Of a stretch of 64,000 nt of DNA, positions 49,427 through 59,253 are shown piece after piece. How positions within the stretch are numbered: position 1 is the first letter of the stretch; every line of letters begins with the position of its first letter. The position numbers and the translations under genes are program-made. Source of the stretch: Pyrinomonadaceae bacterium (GTDB lineage Bacteria; Acidobacteriota; Blastocatellia; Pyrinomonadales; Pyrinomonadaceae); NCBI GenBank assembly GCA_046313635.1, contig JBKBYA010000001.1:799481-863480 (forward strand). The letters are read 5' to 3'. The notes beneath the pieces are model-generated. The model worked only from the letters and a program-made list of their open reading frames with translations. It was not told the DNA's origin and did no database searches.

Positions 49427-50296
49427 TTATCCGACCGGCACGGCGGCCTCGATCTTCTTGCCGATCTCGTCGAGCCGGCGGACGACGCGCTCGATTAGCC
49501 AATTGGGCGTCGATGCTCCGGCGGTGACGCCGACCTGCCTGACGCCGGCGAGGTCGGCCGGGTCGATCTCGTCCTCGGTCTCGATCAAAAAGCTCTTTTC
49601 GCAATTCTCCTTGCATACGGCGAGCAGCTTGACGCTGTTGGACGAATGTCGGCCGCCGATGATGTAGAACGCGTCGACCATCGTCGACAGCGAACGTGCC
49701 GCGTCTTGCCGGTCGCGCGTCGCCGAGCAGATCGTGTTGATGACCTGCACCTCGTCGTCGGTCTTTGTCTTGACCGCCTCGGCCGTGTCAAAGAATGTCT
49801 TGGCCTTGATCGTCGTCTGCGAAACGACCAGCGGACGCCGCAGCCGCGGGAGCTGTGCGACCTCGCTCTCATCCCGAACGACAAAGGCATGCTCCGGCGC
49901 GTAGCCCTTGACGCCGATCATCTCGGGATGGTCGGGGTTGCCGACGACGATCACGTGGCGGTCCTCGGCGGCGGCACGTGCCGCAAGCTTTTGCACGCGC
50001 GTGACGAAGGGGCACGTCGCGTCGACGACCTTGTCGGCCATCTCCTCGAGCTGCTTTTGAACTTCGGGCGTGACGCCGTGAGCGCGTATGACGGCCGTTT
50101 CGCTGCGGCCGATCTGGACGGGTTCGCTGACGGTCGAGACGCCCATCGCCGCGAGACGCTCCATCTCCTGCTCGTTATGGATCAGCGGCCCGAGGCTGCG
50201 GACGGGGCCGCCGCCGGCGACGGCCTCCTCGACCATCTCGACCGCACGCTCCACGCCAAAGCAAAAACCGTATTCGTCTGCGAGTAAAACCTTCAT
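49427..50296 (-). CDS. ispH: 4-hydroxy-3-methylbut-2-enyl diphosphate reductase
   Basis: GFCFGVERA, IRAHG, DATCPFV, SQTT, TICSAT, SSNS, TAGASTP. Confidence 0.96.
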   Translation of the reverse strand: MKVLLADEYGFCFGVERAVEMVEEAVAGGGPVRSLGPLIHNEQEMERLAAMGVSTVSEPVQIGRSETAVIRAHGVTPEVQKQLEEMADKVVDATCPFVTRVQKLAARAAAEDRHVIVVGNPDHPEMIGVKGYAPEHAFVVRDESEVAQLPRLRRPLVVSQTTIKAKTFFDTAEAVKTKTDDEVQVINTICSATRDRQDAARSLSTMVDAFYIIGGRHSSNSVKLLAVCKENCEKSFLIETEDEIDPADLAGVRQVGVTAGASTPNWLIERVVRRLDEIGKKIEAAVPVG

Positions 50297-50365
50297 CTCA
50301 ATTCGACTTTGCCGCAAAAAGTTTATCAGATGCCGACGGCAAACCAAACGAGGTGGCCGTGCAGC

Positions 50366-52231
50366 CTACCGCACCGGCTCACGCAGTATCGCCTCGGCCG
50401 CGTCGCGCGCAAGCGCGGCGGCGCGAGGGTTTGACTCGCGAAGATTCGCGAGCTGCATCAGCGCCTCGCCCGTGCGGGCCAGCAGGCGAAAGAGGTCGCC
50501 CTCCTCGGCCTTTGTCGCGTCGACGAGGTCGTCCCAGTCCCACGCGTCGGCCCAGCGCTCGGCGGCGGCCGCGGCCGTGTAGTTGACATCCTCGGCAGGT
50601 TCGATGCCGAACGAAGATTCGATCTCGGCGACGCGGTAGATGACCTGTTCAAATTCGGAGAGCAGATCGAGCAGTTGGTTTGACAGTCTAAGCTCGCCGT
50701 AGTTCCGGTCAGAATCTGCGGCGACAGACGCCATCACGCCGGCGAGCTGCGGCACGGTCAGCTCGTCAAAGATGCCGGCCTTCAGAGCCTCGCCGACGAG
50801 CAGCGGCCGGTCGACGCGCAGGTCGGCGAGCCATTTGCCGGCCGCGGTAACAGCCTCGGCCGTGAAGTCGAGATAGCCAAAATGATCGAGCACGCGGGCA
50901 CGCTCCTCGAATGGCGTCCAGATCGTCGAGCGGAGGTACTCGATATCGCGTTCGATCTTGTCGAGCGTCTCGGCGTGACGCACATTCTCGATCAAGAGCT
51001 GCTGCAGCGCCGCGGTGTCGACGCCGCCGCGCACGGAGACGTCCGCCGCAAATCTCTCGAGCGTGCTTGCGAGCAGCTCGCCGGCCTGATCGACGGCGAT
51101 CGTCACGGCCGCCTGACGAGGTTCGTCGAGCGGCTCGTTGCGATGCTCGTAAACGTCGAAAAACGCCTGCTCGATCGCGTCGTCGCTGAGCGGGTAGATG
51201 CGCTTGAAGACGCGTGTCACCTCGCCGATCTCAAACGCCGCACCCTGGCCGTCGTCCCGCATAGCATTCACCTTTTGGCCGCTGACGCTGATGACGATAA
51301 AGAGCCGCTTGCCGCCGCGGCCTTTTGTGACGATGCGGCCCGGGACGACAGTTTTGCGCAGCCACTCGTAGCGCATCTCGGCACGAGTGGAAGGCACGCT
51401 TTGATGAACGCGTTCGATCACGCTCGATAGCCGCTCGTAGCCGCGAACGTTGTCAATGGTCAGGCCCGTGCCGGCGATCGATCCGCGGATCGCGCCGACG
51501 GTGCGCTCGCGTTTTTTTTCGAGGCGGTCGATCTGGTGACGAGTATTGCGAAAGGCAAAGCTCTTCTCGGCGATCTCGCGCACGGGAGCGAACGAACCGA
51601 AGGCGTCGAGCAGATTCAAGAGACTCGTGTACGTCGCGCGGAACTGGCTCTCGAGCGGATCGGGCGGAGCTTTTAGCAGCTCTGCGATCTTTCGCGGATT
51701 TTGAAATTGGCCTGGTGCGAGCACGACAAAGCCGACGTTGTCCTTGCCGCGTCGGCCGGCGCGGCCCGTCATCTGCTGCAGTTCGCTCGCACGCAGCGGC
51801 CGCCAGCCCTCGTTGCCTCGCGTGTCGGCATTTGTGATGACGACCGTGCGGGCCGGAAAGTCGACGCCGGCCGCGACCGTCGACGTCGCAAAGATCGCGT
51901 TGAGCAGACCGTCGGACATCATCTTTTCGATGACGAGCTTCCACGCCGGAATGTGCCCGGCGTGATGCGACGCGACGCCGGTATTGACGAGCATCTTGCG
52001 GTGCTTGTGATTGAGTATCTCGGGAGCGGCGGCCGCAAATTCGCGAAAGATCTCTTCGCGTCGACGCTGCCTTTCAGGATCGGTCCGCTGCGAACGGTCG
52101 CGCGAAACTTCCATCGCCGCCTCGTCGCACTTTCGCCGCGTCGGCAAAAAGACGATCGCCGGCAGCAGGTTGTACCTCTGCAGTGCGCCGATCAGCTTCG
52201 GCGGCGGTATCTCGGCCTGACAATTGTTCAT
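50366..52231 (-). CDS. Ski2/HelY-like SF2 helicase, RecA2 and C-terminal domains only
   Basis: LLPAIVFLPTRRKCD, HHAG, IFATSTVAAGVDFPARTVV, QMTGRAGRRGKD; motifs I and II are absent. Confidence 0.82.
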   Translation of the reverse strand: MNNCQAEIPPPKLIGALQRYNLLPAIVFLPTRRKCDEAAMEVSRDRSQRTDPERQRRREEIFREFAAAAPEILNHKHRKMLVNTGVASHHAGHIPAWKLVIEKMMSDGLLNAIFATSTVAAGVDFPARTVVITNADTRGNEGWRPLRASELQQMTGRAGRRGKDNVGFVVLAPGQFQNPRKIAELLKAPPDPLESQFRATYTSLLNLLDAFGSFAPVREIAEKSFAFRNTRHQIDRLEKKRERTVGAIRGSIAGTGLTIDNVRGYERLSSVIERVHQSVPSTRAEMRYEWLRKTVVPGRIVTKGRGGKRLFIVISVSGQKVNAMRDDGQGAAFEIGEVTRVFKRIYPLSDDAIEQAFFDVYEHRNEPLDEPRQAAVTIAVDQAGELLASTLERFAADVSVRGGVDTAALQQLLIENVRHAETLDKIERDIEYLRSTIWTPFEERARVLDHFGYLDFTAEAVTAAGKWLADLRVDRPLLVGEALKAGIFDELTVPQLAGVMASVAADSDRNYGELRLSNQLLDLLSEFEQVIYRVAEIESSFGIEPAEDVNYTAAAAAERWADAWDWDDLVDATKAEEGDLFRLLARTGEALMQLANLRESNPRAAALARDAAEAILREPVR

Positions 52232-52381
52232 TCATTTCGATTATAGCTGAATCCGAATGGAGTTATTGTCACTTCGGTAGTGTATACATATTGTCAGAGT
52301 CGAACGTCGCTCTACCTCCAAAAAAAAGCCCTCGACTCTTCTTGCCAAGGGCTCAACAGTCAATCGTGTGATCGCTCTTTA

Positions 52382-52590
52382 CTACACCACTGTCACCGTA
52401 GCTCCACACGGAACGCTAACGGTCCCCGATTCGCTTGTAACCTGTCCCTGCTGACCGTTTGGAAGCGACCAAACTGCTGTATGTCCAGCCGGAAGCGCTT
52501 GGGTGCACATGTTGGGACCGCTATCACATCCGTCACACTGCGAGACAAAGATCGTCATAATGACAATAAGCAAAATCCTTATTGGGTCAT
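52382..52590 (-). CDS. Small Cys-containing secreted or lipoprotein-like ORF, start ambiguous (possibly frameshifted)
   Basis: Frame reads IRILLIVIMTIFVSQCDGCDSGPNMC...PCG; the ATG at 52590 overlapping the upstream stop is out of frame by 1 nt; alternative TTG start at 52573. Confidence 0.45.
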
Positions 52591-53510
52591 TGCTGCACCC
52601 CCTGTTCCGAGATTCGGTTTAAGACACGGGTAATGCTCGAATCATTCAGCACCAGGCTGACAGGAGTGCTGAAAAGGTAGCCGTTTTCGCCGTATGCCTT
52701 ATTTCCGCTCGGACTGGGATATTGCTGCCCGGTCGCATGGCTGATGCCCTGCTGCAGGCTCTGCATGCGCGATTGCAAACCTGTTTGGTTATATGCAAGC
52801 GGATCGTCTGTTGCCACCGAGTAGGTAATGAGCAGGGCCTGCATCGGGGTAAGTCCGGACTTGGCGTTTCCAAAGTACTCGGGACTCGCGCTCGACAACA
52901 GATTAACTTTGCGCTCGACCTCCAAAGCGACCCTGTTAGCGATCGCGCTGTATTCGGCTTTATCGACACCGCCGTTTCGAATCGAGGTGACCTCAGACTG
53001 AAAATCAGTTGCGTACAGGGTGCCCTCTCCGTTAGCTCGCAGCTTTACGTTGCTCCTGCCTTGCTGAAAACCGGTCGGCAGACCCGGCGCGTTGAAACCG
53101 CGCAAAGTTTCCGTCGCACTTGCGATCTGCGTATCGGTTAGCTGTGGAATTCTCTCAACGATCACGTCGGTCAGAATTTCGCTGAGCTGCGATACCGCAA
53201 TCCGTTTCGAGTCTGCCCAAAAGCTCTGCTCGACAGTTCCCAGGAGGCTTTTGTTCGAGTTGCTGATCTGAACGCCCGATCTGTAGTAAACAAAATCAGC
53301 AAGATTATTGGTTGCCGCCGAAATCTGGGAAAGGTTGTTCGAGGTTGGCAGACCGACCTCGGCCAAACCGTTTCTGATTTGTTGCTTAAATGCCTGGTCG
53401 GGCGTTGCTCCCGTCGAGATGCTCGAACTCCAGATCAGAGATGTTGCCGCAACGGCAAGTAGACAAACTGCTGCGACAGCAAAACTACGCTTAGTTTTTT
53501 GAGCCTGCAT
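52587..53510 (-). CDS. Secreted hypothetical protein in a low-GC islet
   Basis: Signal peptide MQAQKTKRSFAVAAVCLLAVAA; 307 aa; more A/T-ending codons than its neighbours. Confidence 0.75.
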   Translation of the reverse strand: MQAQKTKRSFAVAAVCLLAVAATSLIWSSSISTGATPDQAFKQQIRNGLAEVGLPTSNNLSQISAATNNLADFVYYRSGVQISNSNKSLLGTVEQSFWADSKRIAVSQLSEILTDVIVERIPQLTDTQIASATETLRGFNAPGLPTGFQQGRSNVKLRANGEGTLYATDFQSEVTSIRNGGVDKAEYSAIANRVALEVERKVNLLSSASPEYFGNAKSGLTPMQALLITYSVATDDPLAYNQTGLQSRMQSLQQGISHATGQQYPSPSGNKAYGENGYLFSTPVSLVLNDSSITRVLNRISEQGVQQ

Positions 53511-53690
53511 ATTGTTGTGTCCGGTGTTAGGGATTTTGGTTAACTCAGAAAGAGTTGGCAAAAATTTAGCATTTGTTTTTTTTTGCTCGTCAATGTAGTT
53601 TTTTTGATCCGTGTAGCGGGGCCAAATCCCTGGAGAACCTTCGACACCTTGATGCCGGTTCGATGATACGATTTGGTATCATCGCTCAAG

Positions 53691-54791
53691 ATGAAGAAAT
53701 GGCTCGTCAGGATCGTGATCTTTATCCTGATGGTCGTCATCGCCCTTGTCGGAGCCGCGTTTTGGAGTGACAGCGACGAGCAGGTTGTGACGCGATACGT
53801 AAAAAACGAATCGGTGCCTGTGATCAGGGACGGCTGGCCCGGGAATGCCGTCGACCGGCGCGGCCGTTTTATCAATCACGAACACCCGTTCCTGCCCAAG
53901 GCCCTCGACCTGCTGCATTGGCAGCTCGGCACAAATCATTTCAAAGACGAAAAGAAGAACGACACCTTCAGGCTCGAGGTCCGCGACTCGAGCGAATTTC
54001 TCGCGTCCGACCGCGACGGCATCGTGTGGCTCGGGCATGCGACCTTTTTCATTCGTCTCAACGGCGTCGGCATCCTGACCGATCCGGTATTCGGCTCGCC
54101 GGCGTTCGTAAAGCGGTACGTCGATGTGCCGTCGCCGCTCGATAATCTCAAAACGGTCGACTACGTCCTGCTCTCGCACGATCATCGCGATCACACCGAC
54201 GAAGACTCGATCCGCGCGATCGCCGAACGCTTTCCAAAGGCGCGCTTTCTCGGCGGGCTGCGAATGGATGAGCTTGCCGGCGAATGGGACATCGCTCGCG
54301 AGCGGTGGCTCACGACCGGCTGGTTTCAGCCATTCGGCACCGGTGACGAGCGCGTCGAGATCTATTTCCTGCCCGTGCGGCACTGGTCGCGGCGCGGCCT
54401 GGCGGATACGAACTGGCGGCTCTGGGGCGGATTCGTGATCAGGTCTGCAAAGGCGACCATCTATTTCGGCGGCGACAGCGGATACGGGCGCCATTATCGC
54501 GAGACGGGCGAGCTGTTTCCGAATATCGATCACTTCCTGATCGGCATCGGCGCGTACGAGCCGCGGTGGTTCATGGAGCCGAATCACAACAACCCAAGCG
54601 ACGTCGTAAAGGCGTTCGTCGATTCGGGTGCGAAGACGCTCGTGCCGATGCACTACGCGACCTTCGACCTGTCGGACGAGCCGCCGGGCCAGCCGCTGCG
54701 TCTGCTGCGCGAAGAGGCGGAGAAGGCGGACGTTGCTGACCGGGTTCGGCCGATAGCGATCGGCGAGAGCATTGCGATCGGCGGGCAGTAG
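53691..54791 (+). CDS. MBL-fold metallo-hydrolase (NAPE-PLD/RomA-like)
   Basis: WLGHATF, LTDPVF, SHDHRDHTD, HWSRRG, FGGDSGY, IGAYEPRWFM, PMHY. Confidence 0.92.
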   Translation: MKKWLVRIVIFILMVVIALVGAAFWSDSDEQVVTRYVKNESVPVIRDGWPGNAVDRRGRFINHEHPFLPKALDLLHWQLGTNHFKDEKKNDTFRLEVRDSSEFLASDRDGIVWLGHATFFIRLNGVGILTDPVFGSPAFVKRYVDVPSPLDNLKTVDYVLLSHDHRDHTDEDSIRAIAERFPKARFLGGLRMDELAGEWDIARERWLTTGWFQPFGTGDERVEIYFLPVRHWSRRGLADTNWRLWGGFVIRSAKATIYFGGDSGYGRHYRETGELFPNIDHFLIGIGAYEPRWFMEPNHNNPSDVVKAFVDSGAKTLVPMHYATFDLSDEPPGQPLRLLREEAEKADVADRVRPIAIGESIAIGGQ

Positions 54792-54866
54792 GCAGCACGT
54801 CGAGCGCTTGATTACCGACTCCGTCGTTCTTTCTCATATAATCTCCGCATCGCCTGCCCGGCCGAT

Positions 54867-55664
54867 ATGCTCAACGGAAAGAAGATCATCGTCGTGATGC
54901 CGGCTTACAACGCCGCACGCACCTTGTCGCGGACCGTCGCCGAGATACCGCGCGACCTCGTCGACGAGATCCTGCTCGTCGACGACGCGAGCTCGGACGA
55001 GACCGTGCGGCTGGCGAGCGAGCTCGACCTGACGGTCTTTATTCACGAGAGGAACTTCGGCTACGGCCGCAATCAAAAGACCTGCTACCGCGAGGCTCTC
55101 CGCCGCGGAGCCGACGTGGTCGTGATGGTGCATCCCGACTATCAGTATTCGCCGCACCTTATCGTCCCGATGGCCGGCATGATCGCGTATGGCGAATACG
55201 ACGCCGTCATCGCCTCGCGAATCCTCGGCAAAGGCGCTCTCGCCGGCGGCATGCCGATGTACAAATACATCGCCAACCGCTTCTTGACGCTCGCCCAAAA
55301 TCTGCTGATGGGCTACAAGCTGTCGGAGTATCACACGGGCTTCCGCGCCTTCAGCCGCGAGGTGCTCGAGCGTCTGCCGCTAGAGGAGAATTCGGACGAC
55401 TTCGTCTTTGACAACGAGATGCTCGCGCAGGTGATCTACTTCGGCTGCCGCGTCGGCGAGATCTCGAGCCCGACGCGCTACTTTGCCGAGGCGTCGTCGA
55501 TCAACTTTTCGCGTTCGGTCAGGTACGGCCTCGGCGTGCTGGCGACGTCGCTCAAGTTTCGTGCGCGTCGAATGGGCGTCGCCCGGCCCCGCATCTTCGA
55601 GAGCAGCGAAAACCGTCTGCCGGCCGATTATTACCACGAGATCGAAAGCAGCAGCCGGACCTGA
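54867..55664 (+). CDS. GT2 glycosyltransferase (polyprenol-phosphate mannose synthase-like)
   Basis: VVMPAYNA, VDDASSD, NFGYGRNQKT, HPDYQY, SEYHTGFRAF. Confidence 0.9.
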   Translation: MLNGKKIIVVMPAYNAARTLSRTVAEIPRDLVDEILLVDDASSDETVRLASELDLTVFIHERNFGYGRNQKTCYREALRRGADVVVMVHPDYQYSPHLIVPMAGMIAYGEYDAVIASRILGKGALAGGMPMYKYIANRFLTLAQNLLMGYKLSEYHTGFRAFSREVLERLPLEENSDDFVFDNEMLAQVIYFGCRVGEISSPTRYFAEASSINFSRSVRYGLGVLATSLKFRARRMGVARPRIFESSENRLPADYYHEIESSSRT

Positions 55665-55684
55665 ACGTCCGGCCAGATCAGTTG

Positions 55685-57643
55685 ATGTCAAAAGAGGATC
55701 AAACCATCGAACGCGGTCCAAACCGCGAACCCGTCATCATCGCCGCCCTGGGCCTTCTCGTCCTCGCGATCTATTACCAGACGACCGGCTTCGGCTTTAT
55801 CAATTTCGACGACAATCTCTACGTCTACGAAAATCCGGTCGTTAAGAGCGGATTGCATTGGGAGACCGTCCGCTGGGCGTTTGGCGCGCTCTGGTCGGCC
55901 AACTGGCACCCGCTGACGTGGCTATCGCACGCGGCGGACGTTCAGCTCTTCGGCCTCAACCCCGGCGGGCATCACGCGGTCAACGTGCTGCTGCATCTCG
56001 TCAATTCGATCCTCGCGTTCGTGGTCTTTCGACGGATGACGGGCGAGACATGGCCGAGCGCTTTTGTCGCGGCGCTGTTTGCCGTGCATCCCGCACACGT
56101 CGAGTCGGTCGCCTGGATCGCCGAGCGAAAGGACGTTCTCAGCACCGCGTTCTGGCTGCTCGCGATGTATGCGTACGCCGGCTACGCCGAGAGCTCGGCA
56201 GCTGCCGCCGACTCGTTGGCCCGGCGATGGAAGAGCAAGAGCTATATCCTGACGGCGGCGCTTTTGGCACTCGGTCTGATGGCAAAGCCGATGCTTGTGA
56301 CGCTGCCATTCGTGCTGCTGCTGAGCGACTACTGGCCGCTGAGGCGTATGCAGGCCGCATCCGACGTGCGTTGGCTCGTCGTCGAAAAAATTCCTCTCTT
56401 TGTCCTGACGGCCGCGTCGAGCGTCGTGACGTTTCTCGCGCAGCGTTCGGCGGGAGCGGTCGAGTCCTTGTCGTACCTGCCGCTCGCAAAGCGTGTGGCA
56501 AATGCCGTCGTCTCGTATTCGTCCTATATCGCGACGCTTTTTTATCCCTTGGACCTCGCCGTCTATTACCCGTACCGCGACGACATTTCGGCCGCCAAGA
56601 CCGCGGGCGCGGCATTGCTGCTGATCGCGGTCACCGCCGTCTGCTGGCGGCTGGCCAGACGGCGCCGGTATTTGCTGTTCGGATGGCTTTGGTATCTCGG
56701 CACGCTCGTTCCCGTGATCGGCCTCGTGCAGATCGGCTCGCAGGCGCTCGCCGACAGGTACACGTACTTTCCGTACTTCGGTCTGTTTGTGATGATCGTC
56801 TGGACGGTATGGGAGCTGCTGCAGCGTACCGGCAGCAGCGCACAGCGTGCCGCGCTGGCGGCATCGGCGGTCATTGTGCTGATACTCGCTCTCGTCTCGC
56901 ACCGGCAGGCCGCGTACTGGAAAGACAACGAGACGCTCTATACCCGAACGCTGGCCGTCACCGGCGACAATTACATCATCTCGCACAACCTCTGTTACGA
57001 CCTGATAACGCGCGACCGGCTCGACGAGGCCGAGCCGTACTGCCGCCGTTCGATCGAGATCAAGCCGACGTACTACAACGCCTACAACACGCTGGGCATC
57101 GCCGACTTCAAACGCGGGCAGTATGCGTCGGCCGAGACAAATTTCAAGATCGCCGTCGACAACGCGCCGGACTTTGCGCTCGGATATGTCAACCTCGCGC
57201 AGGCGCAGTCGCGGCAGGGCAAGGCCGCCGAGGCAGAGGCGACGCTGCGTAAGGCTGCCGAGTCGGCGGGCAACGTGCCGCTCGACGTCTTTGCCTCGGC
57301 GCTCGCCGACATCGCCTCGGCATACGCCGAGCATAAGGACTACGCAAAGGCGGCAGAGAATCTGCGCAGGCTCGTTTACGTCAGGCCGTTTGACCCGTCG
57401 GCGCGCAGCCGGCTCGCTCTGATGCTGCATCTCGACGGCCGAGACGACGAAGCCGCGCCGGAGATCGCCGCCGCGCTTGAGATCGACCCAAACGACCCGG
57501 CCGCTCACAACATCGCCGGAATGGTCGCTGCCGCGCGCGGCGATCGTGCGGAAGCCGAGGTGCAATTCGAACAGGCGCTCCAGCTAAAGCCCGACTACCA
57601 AGAGGCAAAAGACAATCTCGCAAAACTCAAAGGTGCAAAATGA
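55685..57643 (+). CDS. TMTC-like GT-C membrane glycosyltransferase with C-terminal TPRs
   Basis: FINFDDNLYV, WHPLTWLS, HPAHVESVAWIAERKD, LMAKP, ADRYTY, WKDNETLY, followed by TPR repeats. Confidence 0.82.
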   Translation: MSKEDQTIERGPNREPVIIAALGLLVLAIYYQTTGFGFINFDDNLYVYENPVVKSGLHWETVRWAFGALWSANWHPLTWLSHAADVQLFGLNPGGHHAVNVLLHLVNSILAFVVFRRMTGETWPSAFVAALFAVHPAHVESVAWIAERKDVLSTAFWLLAMYAYAGYAESSAAAADSLARRWKSKSYILTAALLALGLMAKPMLVTLPFVLLLSDYWPLRRMQAASDVRWLVVEKIPLFVLTAASSVVTFLAQRSAGAVESLSYLPLAKRVANAVVSYSSYIATLFYPLDLAVYYPYRDDISAAKTAGAALLLIAVTAVCWRLARRRRYLLFGWLWYLGTLVPVIGLVQIGSQALADRYTYFPYFGLFVMIVWTVWELLQRTGSSAQRAALAASAVIVLILALVSHRQAAYWKDNETLYTRTLAVTGDNYIISHNLCYDLITRDRLDEAEPYCRRSIEIKPTYYNAYNTLGIADFKRGQYASAETNFKIAVDNAPDFALGYVNLAQAQSRQGKAAEAEATLRKAAESAGNVPLDVFASALADIASAYAEHKDYAKAAENLRRLVYVRPFDPSARSRLALMLHLDGRDDEAAPEIAAALEIDPNDPAAHNIAGMVAAARGDRAEAEVQFEQALQLKPDYQEAKDNLAKLKGAK

Positions 57644-59226
57644 CGAATATCGATCGACGGACATTCCTCACTTCTTCGGCTGCCGGTGCGGCCGGCCTGA
57701 TGCTTGCCGCCGCGTCGGCCGACGCTCATACGCCGGCAGAGATCTCGCTCGAGGAGACAACTGTCGCCGAACTGCAATCGGCGATGACGCGCGGCTCGGC
57801 GACCTCGCGGCAGATCACGCAGGGCTATCTCGCGCGCATCGCCGAGATCGACAAAAAACTGAATTCGGTGATCGAGGTCAACTCCGACGCGCTCGCCATC
57901 GCCGACGCAATGGACCGCGAACGCAAGGCCGGAAAGACTCGCGGCCCGCTGCACGGCATTCCAGTCCTGATCAAGGACAACATCGACACCGGCGACAAGA
58001 TGAAGACCACCGCCGGTTCGCTCGCGTTCGTCGACGCGCCGGCGCCGAAGGACGCCTTCATCGTCACGCAGCTTCGCAGCGCCGGCGCGGTGATCATCGG
58101 CAAGACGAATTTGAGCGAATGGGCAAACTTTCGTTCGACGCGCTCGTCGAGCGGCTGGTCGGCGCGCGGCGGGCAAACGCACAACCCGTACATCCTCGAT
58201 CGCAATCCGTGCGGCTCGTCGTCGGGCTCGGGCGCGGCCATCGCCGCCAATCTCGCCGCGATCGCGGTCGGCACCGAGACCGACGGTTCGATCATCTGCC
58301 CTTCGGCGACGTGCGGCATCGTCGGCATCAAGCCGACACTCGGCCTCGTCTCGCGATCGGGCATCATCCCCATCGCGCACAGCCAGGACACGGCCGGGCC
58401 GATGACGCGCACCGTCGCCGACGCGGCAGCGCTGCTCAACGTTTTGGTCGGCGCCGACCCGAACGACTCGTCGACAACCGCGGGCGGAAAACGCTTTGAG
58501 CGCGTCGATTACACGAGCTTTTTGCAGAAGGACGGCCTGCGCGGCGCGAAGATCGGCGTCGCTCGTCAGTACTGGGGACGCAATCCAAAGGTCGACGCGC
58601 TGATCGAGCCGCAGCTGCAGGTGCTGAAGGACGGCGGTGCGACGCTCGTGGATGTCGAATTCCCGAAGCTGCGCGATTTTGGCGATGCCGAGTACGAGGT
58701 CTTGCTTTACGAATTCAAAGAGGACCTCAACAAGTATCTCGCCGGCCGCGGCGGCCGGTACAAAACGCTCAAGGACCTGATCGACTTTAATATCAAGAAC
58801 GCCGATCGAGAGATGCCGTACTTCGGCCAGGAGATCTTTATCGCCGCCGAGGAGAAGGGCGATCTCAACGACCGTGCATACCGCATCGCGCTTTTGCAGA
58901 CCAAGCTGATGACGCAGGAGCAGGGCATCGACGGAGCGGCGGCAAAGTACGGCGTCGATGCCTTTGTCGCACCGTCGGGCGGCGTCGCGTGGTACACCGA
59001 TCTCGTCAACGGCGACTGCGGCGTATTTGAGAGCTCGTCGCTCGCGGCCGTGGCAGGATATCCAAACATCACGGTTCCCGCCGGTTACATTCAAGGCCTG
59101 CCGGTCGGGATATCGTTCTTCGGTAAGGCCTATTCCGAGCCGACGCTGATCAAGATCGCCTACGCCTACGAGCAGGCGACAAAGGCGAGAAAGAAGCCGC
59201 AGTTTTTAGCGACGTACGGCGGCTGA
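57640..59226 (+). CDS. Amidase signature family enzyme with Tat signal
   Basis: DRRTFL Tat motif; GPLHGIPVLIKDNI, GKTNLSEW, GSSSGS, GTETDGSI. Confidence 0.93.
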   Translation: MTNIDRRTFLTSSAAGAAGLMLAAASADAHTPAEISLEETTVAELQSAMTRGSATSRQITQGYLARIAEIDKKLNSVIEVNSDALAIADAMDRERKAGKTRGPLHGIPVLIKDNIDTGDKMKTTAGSLAFVDAPAPKDAFIVTQLRSAGAVIIGKTNLSEWANFRSTRSSSGWSARGGQTHNPYILDRNPCGSSSGSGAAIAANLAAIAVGTETDGSIICPSATCGIVGIKPTLGLVSRSGIIPIAHSQDTAGPMTRTVADAAALLNVLVGADPNDSSTTAGGKRFERVDYTSFLQKDGLRGAKIGVARQYWGRNPKVDALIEPQLQVLKDGGATLVDVEFPKLRDFGDAEYEVLLYEFKEDLNKYLAGRGGRYKTLKDLIDFNIKNADREMPYFGQEIFIAAEEKGDLNDRAYRIALLQTKLMTQEQGIDGAAAKYGVDAFVAPSGGVAWYTDLVNGDCGVFESSSLAAVAGYPNITVPAGYIQGLPVGISFFGKAYSEPTLIKIAYAYEQATKARKKPQFLATYGG

Positions 59227-59253
59227 GCTAGGCAAGTCAAAACAATGCGCGGG

